NCBI RefSeq assembly: GCF_018350175.1 | Contig: NC_058368.1 | Location: 234,982,001 to 235,046,000 of the forward strand | Length of the DNA: 64,000 nucleotides | Direction of reading: 5' to 3' | From: Felis catus | Lineage: Eukaryota | In this document: in pieces, positions 36,851-49,286 of the stretch | How the letters are laid out: every line of letters begins with the position of its first letter | How positions within the stretch are numbered: the first letter of the stretch is position 1 | The notes under the pieces: generated by a model | Told to the model about the DNA's origin: nothing | Databases searched by the model: none | What the model saw: the letters and a program-made list of their open reading frames with translations, nothing else | Program-made: the position numbers and the translations under genes

Positions 36851-37251
36851 TATAACTTCTGTGAAAGCATGTTTGTGGTGACAACAGGAATAATAGATAT
36901 TCGTTGAGTTGCTTAGATCTCGGTCATTCTGGAGACCTCAGTTCTGCTGAGTTCCTCACCCCACTACAGTTTCCCCACAGAACACTGGCCTCCAGTTCAA
37001 GCCTAACTGATGTAGAACAGAAGTAGAATAGAACAGAATCCCAACCGAATTCCTCCAGTTGTAATCCCAACACGCCCCCGGCCAGCTCTGGAATTTCCGT
37101 GACAATGTTCTCATGGTTTCTCAATGACGAAAGATGTTTCTCAGTCTTACGTGAGAAAAAAAACAAAAAAACAAACCCTGAACTTCAGGAAACCCCCCTG
37201 TTTCATGGAAAACAAAAAGGTCGAGTACAAATTAACTTTAAAAATATCTGT

Positions 37252-37395
37252 GGTTAGGCGGACAGTGTAGCCCAGAGGTTGGGAGGCCGACCCTGGGTCT
37301 GAACCCAAAGCCACCGCTCACCAGCTGGGTGACCCAGAGGGTCCCCGGTGCCTCGACGTCCTCACTGTAAACAATGGAAGCTAGTGTTTCTGATG
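37252..37395 (+). mobile_element. MIR relic
   Basis: CCTGGGTCTGAACCCAAAGCCACCGCTCACCAGCTGGGTGACC...GTGCCTCGACGTCCTCACTGTAAACAATGG. Confidence 0.65.
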
Positions 37396-40300
37396 GGTCA
37401 AACTCCCAGTTTCAAAGGGTAAGATTGGGCTTGAGTGGAATGCCCCGTGTTTGCCACCTGCAAGCCAATGCCATGGTAGTGGCATCCCCACGGTCCCTCA
37501 TCCCCCAGCTGAAGTAAATCTTGGGTTCCAGCTCATATTACATTTGGTCGAGTCGAGAATAAAACAACATTGTCTAATATTTAACTTAGAACTCAAAGTT
37601 TTCCACAACATTTCAAGTAAAATTGAAAATCCCAAAGCCACATACCCCTGGTCCATTTCCCAGTGGAGCAGACTTAATCGAAGCCCCACCAGCTCAAATT
37701 TGACTTTCACCCAAGGGCTGTACAAGACAGAACCCTATGGGGTAACCTTTGAATTTTACATACAACTGTTAACTCGGAGGTCCTTTGCACTGACTGCTGA
37801 GGGCTCTACGGAGTACTCCCTAATGAATTTCCCTCGGAGGGTGAGGTCAAGAAACTTTAAAATTTGTGGATAGACTGATATACTTCCTAAAACTAGTTGA
37901 TGCACATTCTGGGAGAGCTGGAGATACGTTTTCTGTTCTGTTCGCTGTAGCTCAATGTTCCCGGTTTTCCCCGAACTTACTTATTTCTCGACTTTGGTGT
38001 TATTTCCAACATGGTTGGACGTGCACTACCTTCATTTTGTATTGATTACTTAACTCTTAATCTAATTCCCAAAGCAAGTGCCATTAGGTCATTTTTTTAA
38101 TATTTAATCTTTTCAAGCAGTCCAAGTATATTGGACAACACACCTTATTGTAAGCCTGTTCCAGACTCTCTAGTACAGACAGGGTATAATTATGGAGAAT
38201 AACACAGAGGGAATATTGAAGGCCACATGGCATGGAAAGCCAGAGCAATGTGCTGGCTCTGGATGCTAACGAGAGGAAAGGACCAGAATTATAATAAATG
38301 TCCCTGCTCTTGCTTAATATAGAGATTCTTGATTTAAGGATATTGATTCTGGGCTACCACCTGAGACTAAATAGCAAATGACATCTGATATATTAAGCTC
38401 CTGCCTCTCGACATGGCTAAGTAGCAGGTGGCAGCTTTGAATCAATAGCTTATGTTCACACTGGAAACTGTTATAGCACTCGGCTGGCTGGGATGTCTTA
38501 CGTGACAAGAAATAAACTTCTGTAATTCTGTCCCTTGTCCTCACCTTTGCTGCCATTGATGACCTTGGTCCCCAGAAATATGCCATAATTTACAGCCTGG
38601 TTAATACATAGATTAAAAAAAACAATAGAGCACACTGTCACAGTTTTTTTTTTTTGGTGGGGGGGAATGGGGGTAGGGCATGATTTCTACAAAGAGAAAT
38701 CAAGTTAATAATATTTTTTCACAGGAAGAGAAATATCACGAAATAATTGCCAAAGATTTGGCTGAAAGGGCAGATGGTAAGAACATATTTTTCTTAAGTG
38801 TGATATTAACCTGGAAAATGACCAGTTCTGGAAAACAGAAGAGCGAGACCTGACTCCCTTCTGCCAGGCCAGGCTGCAGGAAGGTGAGGGAGGCGCCCTA
38901 TGCACAGACAGTGGCCCCTGGGCTTCCGAAAAGAAAAACCACAGAAACATCTAGTTCAGCTCCCTCGGGCATGGATGCTTCACTCCTGGCCATTTGCAAG
39001 GCTGGTGAAATCAAAACGAATATTAATATTTATAAAGAGATGTTTTTAGTCAAGAAAGTAGGCTGTGAGGAAGATTTAGGGCATTTAAAAAACTACATTT
39101 GAGAGGCCACTTTGAATATAGATATTTATTCACTCCATGGAAGGAGGAGACCTGACCTGTTCCAGTGATGAGTGCAGCAGGAGATGTTCTGGAACCTAGA
39201 GCAACCTACATGCAGGGGTCGTCCTTGGACGTGTTGACTAGTAATTGCAACAAAGCACAGTACATATTGCCAACTGTGGAGGGTGGGGAACTCACAGACG
39301 GCAGAAGAACCTCAGGACAAACTGTCCCTTTCCAGAATTTCTCCACAACGAATTCACAAGATGGCGGATGGAGGATGATAAAAGGAACAAGACAATCCCT
39401 TTCTCTTTTTCCTCCTTTTCACATAGCCTTTTCTGTCAATGCTGAAGTTCTTTTCAGTAAAAACGAGCCAATGACAACATCATCTGCAAAAGCATTGGCC
39501 GTCCTCCCCATCATGGCCTGCTCCTTGCTCCCATGCATCTCTGCCAACAGGGACTCTGCTGCTAGTTGCTGGGGCCAAAAGTATTGGACCATCTCCTCTC
39601 TTTCTCTCGCCCTCTTTTTGAGGCCATTGGCAAGAAGAACATCTCTGTGTCCAAAGCACGTCTAGCTTCTGGCCAGTGGTCACCTCAGGTTGCCTCTGTC
39701 TGCATCTCCATCATCCCCTAATGGGACACTCATGTGGCCCTGCCTGCTTTTTGACCTCGGCACCTGCATGACCACGGGCTCTAAACACAGCCAGAGCTGT
39801 GCCCTCAAAATGGGGGTCAGATTCCATCACTCTTGGAGACACCCTGTCAACACTCCTGATCTCACGTAGGGAAAACTGGTGTCTTAGGTTGGCCAAGAAG
39901 TTCCCCATCGAGAAGGTGACCCGGCCCCTGCTGCTGGCTCCTCTATATTTTCACCACCTCCTTCAGGTAGAGGGGTCCTCGTCTTCTCTGGCAGGCAGGC
40001 TTGCTATCTCAGGTCCCTTGCACCTGCTGTCCCTTGCAGCTGGTGTGCACCCCTCCCCACGTAGCTGCCTGTTGACATGTGGCTGCCCCTGGAGAGGCCC
40101 TCCCTGGCCGTCCAAATGGAAGAGCAGCTCTGCCCAGCAACTGGTCTCTTCTCACTATTTTGTTCCCTGGCAGCTCCCGGCAGAGGACACATCTGCCGGC
40201 CGCCATTTGTTGTTGTTGAACGATCTCTCCCATGTAGACGGGAGTGCCCGGCACATGTAGGGAATTAAGCACTATGGATTCCGGGAACAAATAGAAGCAG

Positions 40301-40949
40301 ATACTTTTCATAATGGCCTCCAGGCCATTTAGAGAAATGATCCATCAAGAACTTTGCAATGTGGCAACACAAAGTTATTATGTGTGTATATGTGTGTAGA
40401 TATATACCTATATCTATATCTATCTATCTATCTATATATTCCTATATTTGCATATATTTAGATATAACTTTATGGTGCTAAATATCTGAAAAAAAGGATC
40501 ATTTCCTGCTCTACATGTACATTTGACTCAAAACATATTATAAGCAATCCTTCAAGCATGTGTTGTCATTCTTCTTTAACAGACCTTAAAATCTTTCTCC
40601 GTATCATCTACCTTTATTTCTTCTTGGGTCTTTTTTTGGCTTTTGATGAGCCTATTTGTTACGTGTGCTCAGCATATTAAACGTGTACAAACAATACCAG
40701 AGATACAGAATATTATCTTTGTACTTGCCCCTTCGTATTTTGCCAAATTCTATGCTCTGCCTTCTGAATGTCTTGCTATAAATTCAGAGAAACACAATGG
40801 AAACAACTCCTTCTCCTTCCTTGTGGCCTTTCTTATGAGAAGTCCCTTTAACATCCAGATTCTACTCATCCTACCACATCCACAAGCACATGGGTGAATG
40901 TGACAGGTGAGATCCCCACCTTAGGATCTAGAGGAAGAAGGTAGGCTTA

Positions 40950-42690
40950 GAACAAAGTGTGATAAGTGATAAGAAGGAAATGAGAACCTAAGCTCAGGAA
41001 GGAACATACCTTGGAGAGAAAGGGCCTGGAAGACTTTCTTGAGAGTGTTACATTGAAGCTGGAACTTGGGGCAGAGCAAGGGAAGGCCAGCTCAGAGGAT
41101 GAAAGAGGGATGGGGGCCCCTAAGGGAGAGGCAACCATATGCCTTGAGTCAAGACTGCACTCAGGAAGAACTGGGAACTGAGAAGAGACTCGGGATGTGA
41201 GACAGCTGAATGAGGAAGAAAATGGAATGAAATGGAAAAGGTAGGTTGGTGGCAATTCATCCAAATTCCTACGAAGATAAAATAAAATTCTATTTTATTC
41301 TAAGCACATTCCGAAGCCTTGGAAAAGTTTCAAGCAGGCGAGTGAAATGAGTGGGTTCATATTTCAAGAAGGTTGTCTGATATATGGCGAGTACATTGAA
41401 GGGAGCAAGAGGAAGTAGGTCCATTGTGACAGCTTCTTTCAATCAGCCCAGGAAAAGTGGGGTACGGGATTCGGGGAGGTGGAAGGACGTAAAATCGAAC
41501 TGGAGAGGAAAGCCTGATGGCGTCATCAGCCACGGGATGTGGAGAATGGAGGGGAAAGGAGACAATCAGAAGAAAGTGGTGATGGGGCGGTCACGTGATT
41601 TCCAGACACGTGAGAGTCTGGAGAGGCGGTGTGTGTGCAGGAGAAACTGAGAGTTCAGTATTTGACCGATTAATGAGATGCCCATGTGAAGTTCAAACGG
41701 AGATGTCAACAAGGTCCTGGAAGATCAGAGGAAAAATCTAGGATAGAGAATTTAAATCAAGTCACTGCCCTGGAGATAGTAGTTAAACCCACAGCCATAA
41801 GCAATCCAATGCAAGGGAAGTATGTGCACAGGACAGATACTAGAAGAACCCCACGGGGGCAAAGCGGGGCCCAGGGAGCCTAGAAGGGGGTGGCCACTGG
41901 GGCGGGAGGAACCCCCAGCTGCATCCTTACTGAGGTCAGGAGAGAGAGCATTTCTACAACAGTGGGGTCGTCAAACATTGCAAATAATGCTGGGAGGTTG
42001 CATGAGATGGGGTTGAGGGTGTGTGTGGGTTTGACAGCCGAGCAGTTGTTAATGACCTTGAAACTGCAGTCCGGGTGAGTGGGACCAGGGGGAGCCAGGT
42101 TGGGTGCAGAATGATGGAGGCTGAAGTCCATGGGCAGTAGGAGTAGACATCTCATTAGAAACATTTAGGCATAGGGGCGCCTGGGTGGCTCAGTCGGTTA
42201 AGCGTCTGACTTCGGCTCAGGTCATGATCTCGCGGTCTGTGAGTTCGAGTCCCACATCGGGCTCTGTGCTGACAGCTCAAAGCCTGGAGCCTGCCCCTCC
42301 CCTGCTCATGCTCTGTCTCTCTCTGTCTCTCAATAATAAATAAACGTTAAAAATTTTTAAAAATTAAAAAGAAACATTTAGGCATAAAGGAGAGTGGAAT
42401 TAGGGGGCAGTGGTTGAAAGCCGATACCAGATCAGGGAGATGGTGGAAGACAGAAATGCGTATCCGATCATAGGAATGATTAAGGGCAGCACTGACGACA
42501 CAGGAAAGACTGGAGTTAATTGAAGGAGCAATGGCTTTGAGAAATGGAGACCAAGTGGACTCTATTAGCACAAGTAAAGGGACCAGCCTTTGACACAGGA
42601 GATTAACAAGATGGACCAAATGCAGGTAGAACAACGTCAGGGGGGAAATACGTATGTTTGAAAACAAGGCTATCTATTTTTCAGTGAAGC
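40950..42690 (-). mobile_element. Long L2 relic interrupted by a SINE
   Basis: Continuous purine-rich antisense L2 pattern (AAGACTTTCTTGAGAGTGTTACATTGAAGCTGG; TATTTTATTCTAAGCACATTCCGAAGCCTTGGAAAAGTTTCAAGCAGG; GAGTTCAGTATTTGACC...GAGATGCCCATGTGA). Confidence 0.75.
42174..42369 (+). mobile_element. SINEC_Fc with short internal deletion
   Basis: Perfect 17-bp TSD AGAAACATTTAGGCATA (42157-42173, 42370-42386). Confidence 0.97.
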
Positions 42691-43166
42691 TTGTTCTAAC
42701 AAACCTCCAACATGCCAGTGCCCACCTCAGGTGTGTGCATTCAGCCTCCAGCTCTCCTTGGAGCTCGACTGTCCAAATCACCCTTCAGCGATTTTCCTAG
42801 AACACCGTTACACCTCAGACTCCACGTTCCCAACATAGACCTTCTAATTCCCCATCGCTAAGCCCAACCCTCCACCACACTGCCCCATCACCGTTCCTCA
42901 AGGGTCCAAGACGGCACAAAGTCATTACCATTGACCCGGACCCAACACTCACCCATGGTGTCGACCTTGTTCTGTGTTTTAATCCCTATGGACACGACTC
43001 CTGGCTTTCACCATCCCTTTGTAAACCTTGCATTTCATGGACTGTGTCTCTGTGTTCTCATTCACAGACCCCTTGAGAAGTGACACACACAATTCAGTTT
43101 TTCATACATTTTTCAGGGATATAAGGATGAAGGGGTTTCTTTGAAAACAAGATTATTGTTTTGACA

Positions 43167-43389
43167 TTTTTTTTTAATTTTTTTCCACGTTTTTATTTAT
43201 TTTTGGGACAGAGAGAGACAGAGCATGAACGGGGGAGGGGCAGAGAGAGAGGGAGACACAGAATCGGAAACAGGCTCCAGGCTCCAAGCCATCAGCCCAG
43301 AGCCTGACGCGGGGCTCGAACTCACAGACCGCGAGATCGTGACCTGGCTGAAGTCGGACGCTTAACCGACTGCGCCACCCAGGCGCTCC
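43167..43389 (-). mobile_element. Young SINEC_Fc
   Basis: Near reverse complement of the 31233 copy (GACTGCGCCACCC, GCCATCAGCCCAGAGCC diagnostics). Confidence 0.97.
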
Positions 43390-43925
43390 AACATTTTTAA
43401 AGAACGAAACAGTTAAGTGTCTTCAAAGAGTTTTAAAAGGTGCTAAACAGTTAAATACTTACCCATTCTTTTTGTAGCTTACATGCATTAAGCGTTTGGA
43501 ATTTTAAAGAATGATAAATCATTTATAATTACATCATACAGCATACTTTTTTTTTTTCTGAGACCTCTGTTGTGTTTACTTTTAGCTACGTGGAAGAACA
43601 GAGTTCCTTCCTTCCGAGTTCCTGTCTCTGACTTTCTTCTATATCTTAGGGCACAGCAGGTCCGTGGGGAGCCGTCACCTCCACAGCAGAGCCCCCGAGA
43701 GGTCAGTCAGACAGAGACTGAGATTCGGCTTCTAGCACATTAAAGACAAGACTCCATAGGACACTGTTTACCTCCGAACATGAGATCTTTCTGAAAGTGA
43801 AGTTCTAAAGAAGTTTGCGGCAACTTCAGATTTTGTAAAGTTACAGGTTCTTACAGAAAAACCCAACATTTTGGAAGAATTTCCTTTATGCTTCCTTGTT
43901 TTGTTCCTTGTATTTAAAACTTCCA

Positions 43926-44126
43926 GGGGCGCCTGGGTGGCTCAGTAGTTAAACGTCTGCCTTCGGCTCAGGCCACGATCTCGGGGTTCATGGGTTCGAG
44001 CCTCTTGTCAGGCTCTGCACTGAACAGTGAGGAACTGCTTGGGATTCTCTCCCTCTGCCCTCTCTGCCCCTCCCCTGCTTGCACTTTCTCTCTCAAAATA
44101 CATAAACTTTAAAAATTTTGTTTTAA
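43926..44126 (+). mobile_element. Can-SINE
   Basis: GGGGCGCCTGGGTGGCTCAGTAGTTAAACG head to CTCTCAAAATACATAAACTTTAAAAA tail. Confidence 0.94.
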
Positions 44127-44148
44127 TTTAAAATTTCTCTAGTGTACA

Positions 44149-44370
44149 TTTTTTTTAAATTTTTTTTAAACATTTATTTATTTTTGAGACAGAGAGAGAC
44201 AGAGCATGAACGGGGGAGGGGCAGAGAGAGAGGGAGACACAGAATCAGAAGCAGGCTCCAGGCTCTGACCCTCAGCTCAGAGCCTGACGCGGGGCTCGAA
44301 CTCACGGACCGCAAGATCGTGACCTGAGCCGAAGTCGGATGCTCAACCGACTGAGCCACCCAGGCGCCCC
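44149..44370 (-). mobile_element. SINEC_Fc
   Basis: Full antisense element ending CAGGCGCCCC; degenerate TSD TCTCTA..TACATTT. Confidence 0.96.
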
Positions 44371-44480
44371 ATCTCTATGTATACATTTATGTAACTTCTC
44401 TCATAAAGTATCTGTTTAAGTGGAAAGTTACAAAAGATACAGTGGCTTTGTCACTACTTTAACAGTTAAAATTTGATTCC

Positions 44481-44674
44481 AGGGCACCTGGGTGGCTCAG
44501 TCGGTTAAGCGTCTGACTCTCGATCTCAGCTCAGGTCATGATCTCACAGTTTGTGGGTTCTGTCTGTGCAGAGCCTGCTTGGGATTGTCTCTGTCTCCTC
44601 TCTCCGCCCTTCCCCCACCCTCTCTCTGTCTCTCTCAAAATAAATAAAAATAAACTTTAAGAAATAAAAAAATT
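44481..44674 (+). mobile_element. Can-SINE (Fc2-like) with internal deletion
   Basis: TSD AAATTTGATTC (44469-44479, 44675-44685). Confidence 0.94.
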
Positions 44675-44699
44675 AAATTTGATTCTGGCTTTTCACAAG

Positions 44700-45000
44700 G
44701 GTTACTAAAAGGGTATTAATAAATTCCTAACGAATATATTTTAGTTCTACCATTTGCTACTATTTGGTAGTTCATACACTATAATCAGATGTAACAGGTA
44801 TGAGTTCCATTTTTATGTGAAATGTTGATTTTCTCCGAGTTTATGAAGAGAATGAGTATATTCTTGCATGTTTATGGTATCTGTTGATGTCTGGGAAGTG
44901 CGATTAAAACCTCCTACGACGGCTATGAGTTTGTCCATTTCTGTCTATTGTTTCCCATCCGATTGTACCTTATATACACGGATGTAAATTAGTTGCATGA
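44700..45000 (-). mobile_element. Ancient L1 ORF2 endonuclease-region fragment
   Basis: TATCTGTTGATGTCTGGGAAGTGCGATTAAAACCTCCTACGACGGCTATGAGTTTGTCCATTTCT is the antisense of the IIVGDFN region. Confidence 0.6.
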
Positions 45001-45064
45001 AGCTCTGAGGCTGTCCTTGGCTAGGGCTAAGTGGCAGGGCGTCAACCCAAATGCAGAAATGCAA

Positions 45065-45260
45065 TTCAATTCATTACTCTGTGCCAACACGGTTCTGAGG
45101 GGTTGCCTGTGTTAGCTATTTAATCCTTACATGACATCACGGAGAAGGTGTTTTTATCATTTTGACTTTTCATCTGAGGAAATTAAGGCAGGCCAAACTC
45201 GACTGGCTTACTCTTGAAGACATAGGCAGGAAGACGCTGGACTGTCATTTACCAACCTTC
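45065..45260 (-). mobile_element. MIR relic
   Basis: TACTCTGTGCCAACACGGTTCTGAGGG...TATTTAATCCTTACATGAC...TTTTCATCTGAGGAAATTAAGGCA. Confidence 0.7.
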
Positions 45261-45420
45261 GATCATTGACATCCCTCATTAATGACTGCATGCACACAGT
45301 TGTTGTGTGAAATATCAGGCTTAACTTCCATCAGACATTCCTCTGATGTGACAGTCAGCTCAGGGGAGAAACACTCAGGTGCGTTCATGAATCCTATGGA
45401 GCCATCTAGTACATGCGAGT

Positions 45421-45421
<1 letters not shown>

Positions 45422-45452
<31 letters not shown>

Positions 45453-45547
45453 GCTACTTGATTATAGTGCCATGTTGTATATATTCTGATATTTATATAT
45501 GTATGTTTGTATGTACAAATGTGTGTGTGTGTGTGTATGTGTGTGTG
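45422..45547. repeat. (CA)n and (TG)n microsatellites in opposite orientation
   Basis: CA run at about 45422-45452 and TG run at about 45520-45547. Confidence 0.9.
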
Positions 45548-47116
45548 CATAAAGATCCTGAATGTGGTCTTGGTAGGGAGCCAATGGATGTTCTTGTGAC
45601 TTTCAAGCAGGACACATCACTCATCCTGGAGGAAGGTCTGTACCCAAAAAATGATGACAAATGTGACAGTGTAAGGCAGTCACAAAACATAAAAAACATC
45701 TCCTTGGCCATGCCAAGTCTTAATGTGTCACATGATTAAAGAACATTCACGCATCCCTTCTTTCATTCATTCTCATTCACAGATTTGGTTGACAAGTTCT
45801 CTGTCAAGCCCTTTGAACTGGGGACACAAAGTGAATGTGCTGGACACCCATGATTGTGGGGGGGAGGGGGGTGACCATCCACACTACATACCGGGAGGGT
45901 GTTCCAGTAAGTTCTATGCTCTCTCATCCTCAGTAAGTCACTCTCAACGCTTTTCCATACTGCGTTCCTCCAAGGAGGATATTCTAAAAGGCAATTGTAA
46001 TGCCTATCAGGGGAAAGGCAGTGTTTGGGGGTGGGATGTGGGCAGTGAAGGCTACTGTTGGTGCTGTAATTTCCCAGGTTCTGATATAAAGACTGGAAAT
46101 TGCACCATATAAAATGCTTTCACGAGTAACGCATCTTTTAAAGTTTGGATAAGTGCTATAAAAGAGGGTCCTTTCAGCAAGTTTTATGTCTGCTTTAAAA
46201 GAACTTTAATTGTATTTTTGAAAATAATCCCTTTGGGTTCTAGGCACCATAAAATCAAATGTCACTGAAATAATTTTGATGCGCTGACATATTTATTGAC
46301 CAAGAAGGGGTTAACCGGGTCAAGCTCTGTTTGATGTTGCCAGAAACGTGTTGGATAATCGTGCGTTTGCATATATATGGCTCATAGATGAGAAGCACAT
46401 TTTGCAAGTGAGCTTTACTAAAATATATGGCTGATAGTTTTGCGTCGAACGTTGACTGTTCATTCTGAATTCCATTTTCGTTACTGAAATGTTTATGCGC
46501 TGTGTACCCAGCTGTAAAGTGGCCCAAACTCTTCCCCCCCCATGGATAGTGTCAGTTTTTATGTCACCACTAATAGCTTGAAGATAGCAGGGGAATGACA
46601 TCTGTTTTCAGGCTTCTACACATTTAACAAAGAGAGAAACAAAACATCGTTTTCCCTTTTTTTTTTTTTTTTTTGCAAAAGGAATGATAAAAGCATGGCA
46701 GCGCTTTTGAAATTTATCTGTTTCTTGATCACTCAACCGCTCTCGCCTCTCTCTTTGCCTGATCTCCCCAACATCAAAGACGAGAGAAAGTGACGTAACG
46801 TTGACTGTAAATCCACGGCGCTATAAACCTCCCCTTATTCATCATACTAATTAAGCGCCCGTTGTAATTTGAGCTGAATCCTACTTTCTGTTACATATAT
46901 TGTCAGGAATACAAACAGCTTTAAATTAAACAACGAGGATAAGGTTTCCACTTCCAACCATATCCCGTATTAAGCAAAAGCAGGTGGTTTTCAAATTATA
47001 ATTCTTTCATGTACGTATAGTCAGCAGAATACTGGACACACTGTTGTCCATTCTGAACCAGCTTACTCTGTACATTAAAACAGAAAACAAAAGACAAAAA
47101 ACCCAACTCGATTTTA

Positions 47117-47640
47117 AGTGGATTTCTGTGGTACAATACACATGAAATTAACCATTTTCAAGTGTATACCTCAGTGGCCTTGAGTACGTTCGTAATGTTG
47201 TGTGATCATCACCACGGTCTACTTCCAGGACTTTTTCCATCACCCCAGTCAGAAACTCCATACCCATCAGTCGGTAATCCCACGTCCCCTCCCCTGGGCC
47301 CTGGCAACCACAAATTTCCTTTCCGTATCTATAGATTTGCTTCATCTGGATATTTCACATTAATGGAACGATACAATAGATGTTTTTGTGTGTCTGCCTT
47401 CTTTCATTCAGCATAGCAATTGCACTCCTAGGTATACACACAAAAGAATTGATCACAGGTGTCCAGATGAGCTCGTGTACCCCGATATTCATAGCAGCAC
47501 ATAATAGCCAAAGAGTTGGAAACAACCTTGATGTCGGTGGACGGATGGAGAAACAAAATATTATATATAAAAAGATGGGACATGATTCAGCCACAGGAAT
47601 GAAGCATAATAAACATGACCATACAGCATGACCAGGAAAG
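47117..47640 (-). mobile_element. L1MB-like insertion with inverted 5' segment
   Basis: 47117-47415 is antisense L1MB 3' UTR; 47416-47631 is sense ORF2 end (AIALLGIHTKEL...CTPIFIAA); degenerate TSD at 47101-47116 / 47645-47661. Confidence 0.85.
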
Positions 47641-48733
47641 CATCACCCAGACTCGGTTTTATAGGTCAAAGTTTTCACAGACTAGACTTCCCTCCCCATG
47701 GACTCAGGTTGACGACTCACAGCTGTCACTGGGAAGGGTGCCTGTTGGGGCGCATACTCTGTAACTGAATGCGTCATGGTGATATTTTCCATCACTAGGC
47801 CTCCCAAGGCCACCTCAGGCACCTCTGTGGGGCCCCACGGTTGGTCCAAAGCAGCAGACAAACCACTGCAAGTAGGGCATTAGCAGAAGGAAGAGTTAAT
47901 GAAGACACCACCCTCCCGCTGGCTGTGGGACTTGGGACGGATCACAGAAGGACTTGGCTTCGTCTCCACGATGAGGGACTGAGACCAGGTGACGGCAAAC
48001 TCCCCCCTGCCTTGACATTCTGACGCAAAAAGCAAAGGAAAGACATAGCCAGCTGGATTTCTACAAAGATCTGTGAAGTAAATGGAGGTTAGGAAGAGTG
48101 AGTGACAGGACTCCTTCAGAGACCCGCCTTGCTGGATTGAGTCCAATTTGTGTTAGAACCAAGTTGGTATCTTGCAGGGAACCAGGATCTCATGGCCACT
48201 TAGGCAGCGTGTCCGATAGGGCGTGCACGGTGCAGGGGGCATACATGATGGGAAACGGGCATGTCAGCAAAGCCACGGAGCCGACTGAGTGGGGACAAGG
48301 TGGTGGGCAATGAGACACTTCCAGCACCTCACGCGTAACCTAACTTGCCTGGAGACATGTTGGGGGCCTGGGGGACGAGAGCAAAGCAAGGGTGAAGGTG
48401 ATGCGTCCCCTCTAACGAGCCCCTGGTCTTATCGGCGACACTGGCAGAGCCCAAAATGCCTGTTGTCTCTGGTTTCATGTGGTCTATTCCAGAACACAGT
48501 GCAGATATGCACACACAGAGATACGTTCACACACAATGATGCGCACCAAACACACACACACATGCACTCACACACACCCCTTTCAGCCACCATTAGCACC
48601 CTCGATCTAGACTTATCACAAACCTAAAACCATGGTTACCTTTTAACTACCTATAGTCGTGTAAAATAACCCTGATTTAAATATTGGAATCCAACAAAAA
48701 TCATTAGTACAGTATCTTGTTAAACATAAGCTT

Positions 48734-48959
48734 GGGGCGCCTGGCTGGCTCAGTAGGTTCAGCATCTGACTTCGGCTCAGCACTTGATCTCACAGTTCGT
48801 GGGTTGGAGCCCCACGTCGGGCTCTGTGCTGACAGCTCAGAGCCTGGAGCCTGCTTCCGATTCTGTGTCTCCCTCTCTCTGTGCCTCTCTCGTGCTCACA
48901 CTCTGTCTCTCTCTCAAAAATAAATAAACATTTAAAAAAATTAAAAAGAAACAAAAACA
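48734..48959 (+). mobile_element. SINEC_Fc
   Basis: TSD AAACATAAGCT (48722-48732, 48960-48970). Confidence 0.96.
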
Positions 48960-49086
48960 AAACATAAGCTCAATATTATCCAGGAAATGGAAAAATAACA
49001 AAAACCTCAAATAACTTACACTTTAAGGTAGGCCAAGAAAATAAAGATGTAACAATTTGGGAAGAGGAAGAAAAAGAATTCATTTC

Positions 49087-49286
49087 TTTTTTTTTTAATG
49101 TTTATTTATTTTTGAGAGAGAGACGGAGTGCAAAAAGGGGAGGGGCAGAGAGAGAGGGAGACACAGATCCGAAGCAGGCTCCAGGCTCCGAGCTGTCAGC
49201 ACGGAGCCCGACGCGGGGCTCGAACTCACGAACCGCGAGATCATGACCTGAGCCGAAGTCAGAAGCTTAACCGACTGAGCCACACG
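49087..49286 (-). mobile_element. SINEC_Fc, 5'-truncated by about 10 nt
   Basis: TSD GAATTCATTTC (49076-49086, 49287-49297). Confidence 0.96.
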
